In this document: one piece after another, positions 32,536 through 41,477 of the stretch
Layout of the letters: each line of letters begins with the position of its first letter
Position numbering within the stretch: the stretch's first letter is position 1
Assembly: GCA_035483935.1 (NCBI GenBank)
Contig: DATHPK010000029.1
Coordinates: 1 to 54,759 of the forward strand
Direction: 5' to 3'
Origin: Acidimicrobiales bacterium
GTDB taxonomy: Bacteria; Actinomycetota; Acidimicrobiia; Acidimicrobiales; RAAP-2
DNA: 54,759 bases
Notes under the pieces: generated by a model
The model's database searches: none
What the model was told of the DNA's origin: nothing
Seen by the model: only the letters and a program-made list of their open reading frames with translations
Made by a program: the position numbers and the translations under genes

Positions 32536-34179
32536 GTGCGGCCGCTGCCTGAACTGACCCTGTCCAGCGAGTGGTTCTGGACCTCGGGAGCCGACGGCGT
32601 GCTCCGGATCCAGGGCTGTCAGGACTGCGGCCAGCTCGTGCACCCGCCGACCCCTATCTGCCCGTCGTGTCGCAGCCGCTCGTCGAAACCGGTGGCCGTC
32701 TCCGGCCGCGGCACGGTCGTCGGCTACACGGTCAACGCGCACCGGTGGCACCCGGATTTCGAGCCGCCGTACGTCATCGCCAACATCGCGCTCGCCGAGG
32801 ACGCGAGCGTCCATCTGACCACGAACATCGTCGGCTGCGCGCCTTCCGACGTCGCCATCGGCCAGGAGGTCGCCGTGCGCTTCGAACACCTCGAGGACGT
32901 CTGGCTGCCGCTCTTCGAGCCGACCGGTGTGATGGACCCGGTCGACCGGGTGCCCGAGCCGGCCCGTCCCCTCCCTCGCCGGCCTCCGACCTCCGAACGC
33001 TTCGAGCATCGCTCCGTGTTGTCGGGCGTCGGGCGCTCGCAGATCGGGCGGCGCCTGATGGTCGACCCGCTCTCGCTCGCAGTCGACGCCTGCCTGGCGG
33101 CGATCGCCGACGCGGGACTCACGCCCGACGACATCGACGGGCTGTCGACGTACCCCGGTGCGCCAGGCATGGGGATGAGCGAAGGCGGCGCGACGGCCGT
33201 CGAAGAGGCGCTCCGCCTGCACCCGACCTGGATCAACGGCGGCGGCGAGCTGCCGGGACCGGGAGGGTCGATCATCGCCGCGGCCCTGGCGGTGGCGTCC
33301 GGGCTCTGCCGCCACGTGCTGTGTTTCCGCACGGTGTGGGAGTCGACGTTCGCAACCCTCGTCGCGCAGGGCAAGGTGAGTCCGCCGCGCGCCGGCGGTG
33401 GGCGCGCGTCCGGCCCGATGCAGGAGTGGCGCGCCCCGTTCGGCGCACTGTCCGCGTCCAACTGGATCGCCATGAACGCGCACCAGTACCTCCATCGCTA
33501 CAACGTTCCGCGCGAGATGCTCGGCCTGATCGCGCTGAACGGCCGCGCCAACGCGGCACGCAACCCGGCCGCCATCTACCGCGAGCCGATGACGATGGAC
33601 GACTATCTCTCGGCCCGGCCCATCACGTCGCCGTTCGGACTGTACGACTGCGACGTGCCGTGCGACGCGTCGATCGCGGTCGTCGTCTCCGCCGCGGACG
33701 TCGCGGACGACCTGCCCCACCCCGCCGTGCGGATCGAGGCCGTGGGGACGCAGATCCTCGAGCGCGTGTCGTGGGACCAGGACACCGTGACCCACGAGCC
33801 GCAGGTGATCGGGCAGGCGGCCCACCTCTGGACGAGGACCGACATGCGGCCCTCCGAAGTGGACCTGGCGCTCGTCTACGACGGGTTCACGTTCAACGCC
33901 ATCTCGTGGATCGAGGCGCTCGGGTTCTGCGGCTTCGGCGAGGCCTACGACTGGCTCGACGGCGGGCGCCGCATCGCGCTCGGCGGCGAACTTCCCGTCA
34001 ACCCGCACGGCGGCCAGTTGTCGGAGGGGAGGACGCACGGTTTCGGCTTCGTCTACGAAGCGATGCAACAGCTACGGCACGACGCCGGCGAGCGGCAGGT
34101 GCGCGACGCCAGGACCGCCGTGGTCACTACCGGTGGGGGCACGCCGTCGGGGGTCCTCCTCTTGCGGAGGGACGGGTGA
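32536..34179 (+). CDS. Fusion protein: DUF35 (Zn-ribbon + OB-fold) domain + thiolase-like / SCP-x-type lipid-transfer (Ltp-like) domain
   Basis: Track ORF 32536..34179 (+), 547 aa. N-terminus has CQDCGQLVHPPTPICPSC (C-x2-C...C-x2-C rubredoxin-like ribbon) followed by an OB-like segment. Residues ~150-547 are thiolase-like (DDIDGLSTYPG, NPHGGQLSEGRTHGFG). GAGGGG lies upstream of GTG 32536. Confidence 0.85.
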   Translation: MRPLPELTLSSEWFWTSGADGVLRIQGCQDCGQLVHPPTPICPSCRSRSSKPVAVSGRGTVVGYTVNAHRWHPDFEPPYVIANIALAEDASVHLTTNIVGCAPSDVAIGQEVAVRFEHLEDVWLPLFEPTGVMDPVDRVPEPARPLPRRPPTSERFEHRSVLSGVGRSQIGRRLMVDPLSLAVDACLAAIADAGLTPDDIDGLSTYPGAPGMGMSEGGATAVEEALRLHPTWINGGGELPGPGGSIIAAALAVASGLCRHVLCFRTVWESTFATLVAQGKVSPPRAGGGRASGPMQEWRAPFGALSASNWIAMNAHQYLHRYNVPREMLGLIALNGRANAARNPAAIYREPMTMDDYLSARPITSPFGLYDCDVPCDASIAVVVSAADVADDLPHPAVRIEAVGTQILERVSWDQDTVTHEPQVIGQAAHLWTRTDMRPSEVDLALVYDGFTFNAISWIEALGFCGFGEAYDWLDGGRRIALGGELPVNPHGGQLSEGRTHGFGFVYEAMQQLRHDAGERQVRDARTAVVTTGGGTPSGVLLLRRDG

Positions 34180-34279
34180 GGATGCGATCCGACCGGGCCG
34201 GTGTCCACCAGCGCACGCCGGGGGCACGGGTACATTGATGGGACCCCCGGCCCGGGAGCCCGCACGGAAGGAGAGACGC

Positions 34280-34981
34280 GTGTCGACGGCGCGGCCGGAT
34301 ACGAACGGCAACGACAAGCCCAGCGGGCCCCGATCCCGCAAGGGCGTCGAGACGCGGGCGCGCCTCGTGGCGGCGGCGAAGCAGATCTTCGAACGCGACG
34401 GCTTCCTCGACGCGCGCATCTCCGACATCGCGGAGAAGGCGGGGCTCTCCCACGGGTCCTTCTACCACTACTTCGAGTCCAAGGAGGAGGTCTTCCGTGA
34501 GGTCGTCGCCGAGGTGGACGAGCGTCTCAGCGCGCCCATGACGAACATCATCCTCGACCCGAAGTCCTCACTCAGCCCCTTCGACCGCATCGGGGAGGCG
34601 ATGCGCGTCCACCTCGAGGTCTACCGTGACGAGGCTCGCATCATGGGGGTCATCGAGCAGGTCTCGCGGTTCGACCCGGAGGTCGCCGCCACGCGCATGG
34701 AGCGGCAGCTCCTCGGGCTCGAAGAGGTCTCGAACTCCATCCGCAGCCTGCAGCGGCACGGGGTCATCGATCGGCGCCTGGACCCTACGATCACGGCGGC
34801 GGCACTGGGGTCGATGACCCGCCGCTTCCCCGAGGCCTGGCTCGTCGAGAAGGTCATCGACGACGACTTCGACGACGTGATCGAGCAGTTCACCTTCATC
34901 TTTGCCCGTGCCCTCGGCCTCGACGTCAGCGAGCGCGACCTGCCGCGCGCGCGGGAGTCCGGATCCACGACGACAAGATGA
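34280..34981 (+). CDS. TetR/AcrR family transcriptional regulator
   Basis: In frame with track ORF 34133..34981. GTG 34280 is preceded by GGAAGGAGAG. HTH TRARLVAAAKQIFERDGFLDARISDIAEKAGLSHGSFYHYFESKEEVF. Confidence 0.9.
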   Translation: MSTARPDTNGNDKPSGPRSRKGVETRARLVAAAKQIFERDGFLDARISDIAEKAGLSHGSFYHYFESKEEVFREVVAEVDERLSAPMTNIILDPKSSLSPFDRIGEAMRVHLEVYRDEARIMGVIEQVSRFDPEVAATRMERQLLGLEEVSNSIRSLQRHGVIDRRLDPTITAAALGSMTRRFPEAWLVEKVIDDDFDDVIEQFTFIFARALGLDVSERDLPRARESGSTTTR

Positions 34982-35013
34982 CGTAGGCCGGCTCGTCGAC
35001 CGACGCGCCCGGT

Positions 35014-36255
35014 TCAGGATGAGGACGCAACCGCGGTGCCCGGAAGGTCGGTCCCACAGAAGGGCTGCGCCTGGGTCGGGACGAACCCGTTCGTCGCCGC
35101 TCGCAGGATCCAGATGCATTGCTTGGGCGGGTCATGTCCGAAGGTCGTCGCGAAGTCGAGCGGATTGGGCAGTACGCCATTGGCGTCGTAGGCCTTGATG
35201 CCGCGGAGCGCAGTGATGACGCCGGCGTGCGTGGGGTGGGGTCCCGCCAACTGCAGACCCTTGATCATGAGATCCGCTCCGGCCCAGGACTCGTATTGAT
35301 AGAGCGTCGGGAACTGCGTGCTCGACCAGTGCGCATACCTCTCGAGCGCTGCCTGCATCTGGCGGGTGCCCGCATTCGGGAGCTGGAAGGGGCGGAAGAT
35401 GGAGCCGAAGTAGCCACCCTGCAGCCAGGTCCAGGCCGGCGAGTGCACCACCGATGGTCCCAGACCGCTCAGATAGACCGCTGCCTTCAGCTTCACTCCC
35501 GCCTGCTCGAGAGCTTGCGCCAGAGCAAAGTTGGAGGAATCCTGCATCGCCGGGAAGATGGCGTTGATGCCGTCCTGCTTTGCCGTCAGCGCGGCGCTGG
35601 AAAAGTCTTCCGTGCCGTAGGGGAGCGACGTGTCGACGACCGGCGACCTTCCGCCGGCGCGTTCAAAGGAGTCTGCCGACTCGATCGCTCCATCGGTCGA
35701 AGACGGTGAGATGCTGTAGGCGTAGGTGCCGAGGACGGTGGCACCGAAGTGCTTGAGGATCGTCCCCTCGAGCGTGTTGACGGGGTCCTTGGGATTTTCG
35801 CTCCCCAAATCGGCGGCGAACATGTTGGTGTAGGGCTGCTCGCCCCATTCGGGCCCATCGGAGTAGGACCCGGTGACGGGAACCCCTGCCTGCTGCGCCG
35901 ACTTGGCTCCCAGGAAGAAGACGGGACTGACGGCCACGATCCCGAGCGCCCCTTTGGCAACCGCGTCGTTGACGGCCGTCTGCACTCCGGTCGGGCTGGT
36001 CTGGTCGTCGATGACCATCGCCACGAGTTTGTGCCCGTCGACGCCACCCTCCGCGTTCTGCAAATCGATCCGCGCCTCGAAGGTGGCGGGGTCGCCGATC
36101 GACTCCGAGCCGGCCGGGCCGGTGAGCGACGTGACGAGTGCGATCGTGATTGGTGCGGGTGCCGCTCCGCCGGGTGCCGACGGCACGGAGCCGACCAGGG
36201 AACACAGAAGCCCCGCGGTCACAGCGGCCAGAGCACGCCACATCCGGTATCGCAT
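35014..36255 (-). CDS. Orphan ABC transporter substrate-binding protein, Leu/Ile/Val-binding (Peripla_BP_6) type
   Basis: Track ORF 35014..36255 (-), 413 aa. Clear paralog of 23762..25036 (APAPITIALVTSLTGPAGS..., shared C-terminal C...CGTDLPGT). No adjacent permease or ATPase genes. Confidence 0.88.
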   Translation of the reverse strand: MRYRMWRALAAVTAGLLCSLVGSVPSAPGGAAPAPITIALVTSLTGPAGSESIGDPATFEARIDLQNAEGGVDGHKLVAMVIDDQTSPTGVQTAVNDAVAKGALGIVAVSPVFFLGAKSAQQAGVPVTGSYSDGPEWGEQPYTNMFAADLGSENPKDPVNTLEGTILKHFGATVLGTYAYSISPSSTDGAIESADSFERAGGRSPVVDTSLPYGTEDFSSAALTAKQDGINAIFPAMQDSSNFALAQALEQAGVKLKAAVYLSGLGPSVVHSPAWTWLQGGYFGSIFRPFQLPNAGTRQMQAALERYAHWSSTQFPTLYQYESWAGADLMIKGLQLAGPHPTHAGVITALRGIKAYDANGVLPNPLDFATTFGHDPPKQCIWILRAATNGFVPTQAQPFCGTDLPGTAVASSS

Positions 36256-36405
36256 CAGGTCCCTCCCCCGCCGGCGAGTGCCGGCTCCGGGTCGAGACCC
36301 TAATACTTGTTCCGACAGCCGACCCGGCGCCCGGCCCCAGAGGTCGCCGCAGAGTTCCGGCGGGGGATCATGCCGGCGCCGGACAACAGCAAAGCGGTGT
36401 GCAAT

Positions 36406-37485
36406 TCAGTTGGCCCGACCCACGGCCTTGGCGAGGCGCTCCGCCACCAGCTCCTCTGCCGCAACGAGCGGTGTGACGCCGCACGACTCCGCCCGGTCGA
36501 GGACCCTGGTGGTTGTGGAACGGATCTGACCGACGGCAAGCGTCGCACGCGCCCGGTCGTACCCGTGCGACTCTTCGGCGATGTTGATGATGCCCCCGGC
36601 GTTCGCCAGAAAGTCCGGGACATACAGAATGCCCGCGGCCGCAAGCGCGTCCGCGACTTCAGGGTGGGCCAGCTGGTTGTTGGCCGCCCCGACGATCAGC
36701 TCGAAGTGGAGCTCTGGCACGACCTCCTCGGTGAGCAGCCCACCCAACGCGCACGGGCAGAGGACGTCTGCACTCACCTTCATTGCATCGGTCGGGTCGA
36801 CGATGCGGGAGGCGCCCGCCCGCAATGCACCCTCGGCCCTGGCGCGATCCACGTCCGAGGCGACCACGACGACGTGTTGCTCCACGAGAAGCCGAATGAT
36901 CTCTCCACCCACCTTGCCGGCGCCGAGGACACACACCGTCCTGCCCTCGAGGCCGTCACCCCACCGGCGCGCCGCCGCTGCCTCCATCGAGACCACCACG
37001 CCGTAGGCAGTTGCCGCACTGGGATCGCCCGAACCGCCCTGCGCGGTGGCCGTGCCTGCCACGTACGGGGTCGTCTCGCGGATCAGATCCATGTCGTCCT
37101 GGGTCGTCCCGACGTCCTCCGCGGTGACGTAGCGGCCCCGAAGGCAGTCGACGGCGGTGGCGAAGTCACGGAGCAGAGCGGGCGTCTTCATGAGGCGCGG
37201 ATCCCCGATGATGACCGCCTTGCCTCCTCCCTGCGCCAGTCCCGCCAGGGCCGCCTTCTGCGTCATGGCTCTCGAAAGGCGAAGGACATCGTGGAGGGCA
37301 AGTGCCTCGTTCTCGTAGGGATAGAACCGGGCCCCGCCCAGTGAGGGACCGAGGAGCGTCGAATGGACGGCGATGATGGCGCGAAGACCGCTCTTCGCAC
37401 GTCGAACCGCGACGATGTCCTCGTGTTCGGACCCGGCCAGACTCTCGAGCACGTCGGTCGCCTCGGTCACGGGCTGTCCACTCAC
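36406..37485 (-). CDS. Glu/Leu/Phe/Val dehydrogenase family protein (leucine/valine dehydrogenase-like)
   Basis: Track ORF 36406..37485 (-), 359 aa. LGGARFYPY, AQGGGKAVI (catalytic Lys region), and the Rossmann motif VLGAGKVGG. Confidence 0.88.
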   Translation of the reverse strand: MSGQPVTEATDVLESLAGSEHEDIVAVRRAKSGLRAIIAVHSTLLGPSLGGARFYPYENEALALHDVLRLSRAMTQKAALAGLAQGGGKAVIIGDPRLMKTPALLRDFATAVDCLRGRYVTAEDVGTTQDDMDLIRETTPYVAGTATAQGGSGDPSAATAYGVVVSMEAAAARRWGDGLEGRTVCVLGAGKVGGEIIRLLVEQHVVVVASDVDRARAEGALRAGASRIVDPTDAMKVSADVLCPCALGGLLTEEVVPELHFELIVGAANNQLAHPEVADALAAAGILYVPDFLANAGGIINIAEESHGYDRARATLAVGQIRSTTTRVLDRAESCGVTPLVAAEELVAERLAKAVGRAN

Positions 37486-37542
37486 GAAGAAATTCTAGGG
37501 GGCGGTACGGTTCGAGGAACCGATGGCGGAAGGAGGTTTCAG

Positions 37543-38109
37543 ATGGCCAACCTGATCTATGCGGCGATCACATCGCTCGACGGCTACATCGAGGACGAGC
37601 AGGGCAAGTTCGACTGGGCCGAGCCGGACGAGGAGGTGCACGCGTTCGTCAACGACCTCGAGCGGACCGTCGGGACCCACCTCTACGGGCGGCGCATGTA
37701 CGAGACGATGGCCTACTGGGAGACCGAAGGCCGTGAGACGGCGGTCGGCCGGGACTACGCCGAGACGTGGCTGGCGGCCGAGAAGATCGTCTACTCGCGG
37801 ACACTCCAGACGGTGTCGAGCGGGAGAACCCGCATCGAGCGGGCGTTCGACGCGGGGGCGGTGAGGCGGCTGAAGGAAAGCTCGCCCTCCGACATCTCGA
37901 TCGGCGGGGCCGAGCTCGCAGGCCGGGCCATCCACGAGGGACTGGTCGACGAGTGCCATCTCTTCCTCGGGCCGGTCCTCGTGGGCGGCGGCAAGGCCGC
38001 CCTGCCGGGCGGTGTCCGTGCCGAGCTGCAGCTGTTGGACGAGCGCCGTTTTCGCAGCGGCGTCGCGTACCTGCGTTACCGCTTTCGAGGTTCGTCCTCT
38101 CGGGCCTGA
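37543..38109 (+). CDS. Dihydrofolate reductase family protein (RibD C-terminal domain-like)
   Basis: In frame with track ORF 37363..38109. ATG 37543 is preceded by GGAAGGAGG. MANLIYAAITSLDGYIEDEQGKFDW and HLYGRRMYE are typical of the RibD_C family. Confidence 0.85.
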   Translation: MANLIYAAITSLDGYIEDEQGKFDWAEPDEEVHAFVNDLERTVGTHLYGRRMYETMAYWETEGRETAVGRDYAETWLAAEKIVYSRTLQTVSSGRTRIERAFDAGAVRRLKESSPSDISIGGAELAGRAIHEGLVDECHLFLGPVLVGGGKAALPGGVRAELQLLDERRFRSGVAYLRYRFRGSSSRA

Positions 38110-38123
38110 ACCCGGTTGCTCGC

Positions 38124-38975
38124 TCAGCCGAGCGCGTCGGCGTGCCAGTCGAGCAGTTGCGGCGCCAGTAACGGCCAGCGCACGAAGATGCCCTTCTCTC
38201 GCTCCTCCCCGCGCTCGAGCCACTCGCGGTCGCCCCACGGCGGTTCCACGAGACGGGCCTGGGGCAACACGTCGGCGAGATGTTCCGACGTGGCGCGCGT
38301 GTGCCAGACGTCGCTCTCACCGCTCCGGAACACGAGTGCCGGGATGTCCAGCGCGCGCGCCGCGGCGACGGACAGGCCCGGCACCGGCTCGTCGGTCGGC
38401 ACGTACGCCAGCATCCAGCGCTCCATGGCCGCGATGAACGCCTTGGGGTCCTGGTCCAGGATGCGCTGGCGGTTGCCTGCATTGCGCGCGATGACCTCTT
38501 CCCACTCGGGCAGGTCGGCCACCGCCTCCATGCCGCCGCTCGTCCACGCCGCCGCCAGCGACCCGCCGCAGTAGTGCATGGCCAGGGTCAGCAGCCCGTA
38601 GACGCCTCCGCTGATCCACCAGGCCGCCAGGCCCGATGCCGCCCCGGGCTGCGCCGCCGCCAACAGCGACACACGTGCGCCACCGGACCCACCGATGATC
38701 ACCGCCGGCGTCATGTCGAGGTGCTCGAGCAACCCGACCAGTGCGTCTGCCTGCATCGCCGACTCGGAGGGGCCTTCGAAGCACACGTCCGACTCGCCGC
38801 AGTTCGGCCGGTCCCAGATCAGCACCCGGTTGCCCCGCGCGGCCAAGGCCTCGGCCAGCTCGCGCACTCCGGGCTCGTCCTTGGTGAAGCGACCACCCGG
38901 CGTGATGGCCCAGGGGCGCCCCTCCCCGATCGTCTCGTACGCCAGCGTCAACCCGTTGACGGTTGCGGTCGCCAC
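38124..38975 (-). CDS. Alpha/beta hydrolase
   Basis: Track ORF 38124..38975 (-), 283 aa. Nucleophile elbow IIGGSGGARV. GGGAGGG lies upstream of GTG 38975. Confidence 0.8.
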   Translation of the reverse strand: MATATVNGLTLAYETIGEGRPWAITPGGRFTKDEPGVRELAEALAARGNRVLIWDRPNCGESDVCFEGPSESAMQADALVGLLEHLDMTPAVIIGGSGGARVSLLAAAQPGAASGLAAWWISGGVYGLLTLAMHYCGGSLAAAWTSGGMEAVADLPEWEEVIARNAGNRQRILDQDPKAFIAAMERWMLAYVPTDEPVPGLSVAAARALDIPALVFRSGESDVWHTRATSEHLADVLPQARLVEPPWGDREWLERGEEREKGIFVRWPLLAPQLLDWHADALG

Positions 38976-39026
38976 GCTCTGTCCCTCCCTGGTGCTACCC
39001 GGTTGCCCTGCCGAATGACGCGGCCG

Positions 39027-40316
39027 TCAGCTCGAGCTCGGGCGGCTGCGCGGCACGTCGCGGAACGGCACGTCCTTGTCCAGTCGCCGCTCCCGCGGCA
39101 TGCCCAGCACGCGTTCCGCCACCACGTTGCGTGCCATCTCGAGCGTTCCGCCCCCGATGCTCCCGCCCTGGCGGATGAGGTAGTTGACGGCGGCACGACT
39201 CGTCGGGCCGTCCCCGCTCCAGGCCGCGCCCGCCGATCCGGCCACCTCGAACCCGAGGGTCCGGATCCGTTCCTGCCCGGACCCCTTGAACAGGCGCACG
39301 ATCGCCGCCGCCTGGTCGGACAGCTTCCCCGCCGCGATGCTCTCGTTGATCCGCTTGCCCAGCGTCTCGCTGATCACCTCGTACATGCGCGCCTCGCCGA
39401 TCATCTCCTGCGTCGCCGTGTCGCCGAGCAGGTCTGCCTCGCGTGCCACCTTGAACACGGAGGTGGCGTCCATGCTCCCGTAGGTCACTCCGACCGGATG
39501 GCTGGCGTAGGGCGAGTTGAAGAGCATCCGCTCGTGGAACATCCAGCGCGTGCCGACGGTCCACCCGTCGTCCACCTCGCCGATGCGGTCCTCGTCGGGA
39601 ACGATGACGTCCGTCAGGAACTCCTGGCAGAACTCGCGCGACCCGTTGAGCATCTCGATGCGGTGCACCTCGACGTTCGGTTGGTGGATCGGCAGCATGA
39701 AGACGGTCAGCCCGCGGTGCTTCGGCACGTCCCAGTTCGTGCGGGCGAGGCAGAGTCCCCAGTCGGACCACCAGGCCCCGGTCGTCCATATCTTCGACCC
39801 GTTGAGCACCCACTGGTCCCCGTCGCGCACCGCCGTGGTGAGTGCCGCCGCCACGTCGGACCCACCGCTCGGTTCCGAGAGGAACTGCATCCACAGCTCC
39901 TCGCCCCGCAGGATCGCAGGCAGATGACGCTGCTTCTGCTCCTCGGTGCCGAACTCCAGGATCACCGCCGCACAGGGCACGAACGTCGGCACCTGGATCC
40001 GCCAGGGGAAGTCGCGACCCACGATCTCCTCGTTGAAGACCTGCTGGTGCGCCGGCGTCAGCCCCTGGCCGCCGTAGGCGCGCGGGAAGCAGATGCCCGC
40101 AAACCCGCCGTCGAACAGCATCCGCTGGAGATCGCGCTCGTGCGCCACCTCGGCCAGCTCGGCCTCCTCGTCGCCCACGCTGTAGTCGAGGCGCATCTCG
40201 TCCATCGTCTTGGCTGCCAGGTTGGCCGTGATGAAGGCGCGCGCCCGCCGCCGGAAACTCTCGAGGTCCTCCACCTCCGCCGTCTCGGTCTCCTCCTCGG
40301 CCCGTAGCGCGCTCAC
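39027..40316 (-). CDS. Acyl-CoA dehydrogenase family protein
   Basis: In frame with track ORF 39027..41084. GTG 40316 (VSALRAEEE) is preceded by GAAGGAG and forms a GTGA overlap with the upstream ACAD stop. FLSEPSGGSDVAA and WVLNGSKIWTTGAW are ACAD motifs. Confidence 0.88.
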   Translation of the reverse strand: MSALRAEEETETAEVEDLESFRRRARAFITANLAAKTMDEMRLDYSVGDEEAELAEVAHERDLQRMLFDGGFAGICFPRAYGGQGLTPAHQQVFNEEIVGRDFPWRIQVPTFVPCAAVILEFGTEEQKQRHLPAILRGEELWMQFLSEPSGGSDVAAALTTAVRDGDQWVLNGSKIWTTGAWWSDWGLCLARTNWDVPKHRGLTVFMLPIHQPNVEVHRIEMLNGSREFCQEFLTDVIVPDEDRIGEVDDGWTVGTRWMFHERMLFNSPYASHPVGVTYGSMDATSVFKVAREADLLGDTATQEMIGEARMYEVISETLGKRINESIAAGKLSDQAAAIVRLFKGSGQERIRTLGFEVAGSAGAAWSGDGPTSRAAVNYLIRQGGSIGGGTLEMARNVVAERVLGMPRERRLDKDVPFRDVPRSRPSSS

Positions 40317-41458
40317 GCCGCCGCTCCTTCCCGGGCCTCGACGAGCCCGGCGATGCGGCGGAGGTGCTCCCGCGGCGTCCCTGCGACCGAGCGGTTGACC
40401 GTCAGCCGTCGCAGGTACAGGTGCAGGTCGTGGTCGAACGTGACGCCGATCCCGCCGTGCAGCTGCACGCAGTCCTGGATCAGTTCGCCGCCGTGGCGGC
40501 CGATGAAGGCCTTGGCCGCGCTCGCGAGCTCGTCGGCATTGGGCTGGTCGTCCTGCGCGGCCGCGCACGCCGCGTCGCTGATCGCGTGTCCGGCCTGGAG
40601 CCACGACATCATGTCGGCGAAGCGGTGCTTGAGCGCCTGGTACGAGGCGAGGGGCCGTCCGAACGAGTAGCGGTCGAACGACCACTCCACCGTCATGTCG
40701 AAGGCTCCCTGCATGGCCCCGACCGCCTCGCAGTTCAGCATCGTCACGGCCCGGCGCAGCTGGCGCGCCACATCGGAGGAGGCGTCGCCCGCAGCGCCCA
40801 CGATCGCGTCGGCGCTCACGCGGACGCCGTCGAAGCTGACGGCCCCGAAGCGCCGGGTCAGGTCGACGGTCTCGAGCGGCTCCACCGTGATCCCCTCGGC
40901 GCCCGTCGGGACCAGCACCTGGGTCAGGCCCGCCCCGTCGCGTGCGGCGACGAGGAGCTGATCGGCCTGGCCGGCGTGCTCCACGGGACGAACGGTGCCG
41001 CGCAGCACCAGGCCTTCGCCGCCCCGCTCGGTCACGACGCCCGTGCGCCACTCGCCCGGCCGCGCCCCGAGCTCGGGTGCGCACCAGGTGCCGATCGTCT
41101 CGCCCGAGAGCAGGCCGGAGAGCACCTCCGCCTGCTCACCCGCGGCGGGGTGGTCGCTCAGCGCGGAGGCCACGACGTTCGTCGCGGTCAGCGGCCCGGG
41201 CGCGGCGTGGTGGCCGAACTCGTAGGCGACCAGGCTCAGATCGACCAGCCCGGCCCCGCTGATGGAACCGCCGCCGTGGGCCTCGTCCACCAGCAGCGAC
41301 GTCCAGCCCAGCTCGGCGCCCCGTCGCCAGTATTCGCGGTCGAACCCCGCGGCGTCGTCGCGCAGGCTGCGCAGCGCGTCGGGCGGGGCGTGCTCGACCA
41401 GGAAGCGTTCGGTGGTCGCCCGGAAGAACTCCTGTTCCTCGATCGGATTGATCAGCAT
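40313..41458 (-). CDS. Acyl-CoA dehydrogenase family protein
   Basis: Track ORF 40313..41458 (-), 381 aa. ACAD fold (WTSLLVDEAHGG, QLHGGIGVTFDHDLHLYLRR). Confidence 0.88.
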   Translation of the reverse strand: MLINPIEEQEFFRATTERFLVEHAPPDALRSLRDDAAGFDREYWRRGAELGWTSLLVDEAHGGGSISGAGLVDLSLVAYEFGHHAAPGPLTATNVVASALSDHPAAGEQAEVLSGLLSGETIGTWCAPELGARPGEWRTGVVTERGGEGLVLRGTVRPVEHAGQADQLLVAARDGAGLTQVLVPTGAEGITVEPLETVDLTRRFGAVSFDGVRVSADAIVGAAGDASSDVARQLRRAVTMLNCEAVGAMQGAFDMTVEWSFDRYSFGRPLASYQALKHRFADMMSWLQAGHAISDAACAAAQDDQPNADELASAAKAFIGRHGGELIQDCVQLHGGIGVTFDHDLHLYLRRLTVNRSVAGTPREHLRRIAGLVEAREGAAA

Positions 41459-41477
41459 CGCGGTCTGCGGTCCTCCC

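Noticed and set aside
32461-34068. 535-aa minus-strand ORF and the out-of-frame + ORF 32571..34238 (555 aa) over the DUF35-thiolase gene
   Set aside because: Only the 32536..34179 frame yields the Zn-ribbon and thiolase motifs and near-uniform GC3. The others are Arg/Pro-rich shadows.
38280-40307. 675-aa + strand ORF over the hydrolase and ACAD genes; also 39027..41084 N-terminal extension (255 extra codons)
   Set aside because: The + ORF is an antisense shadow. The extension of the ACAD ORF runs out of frame through the upstream ACAD gene, and a GAAGGAG-GTG start at 40316 with a GTGA overlap fits much better.
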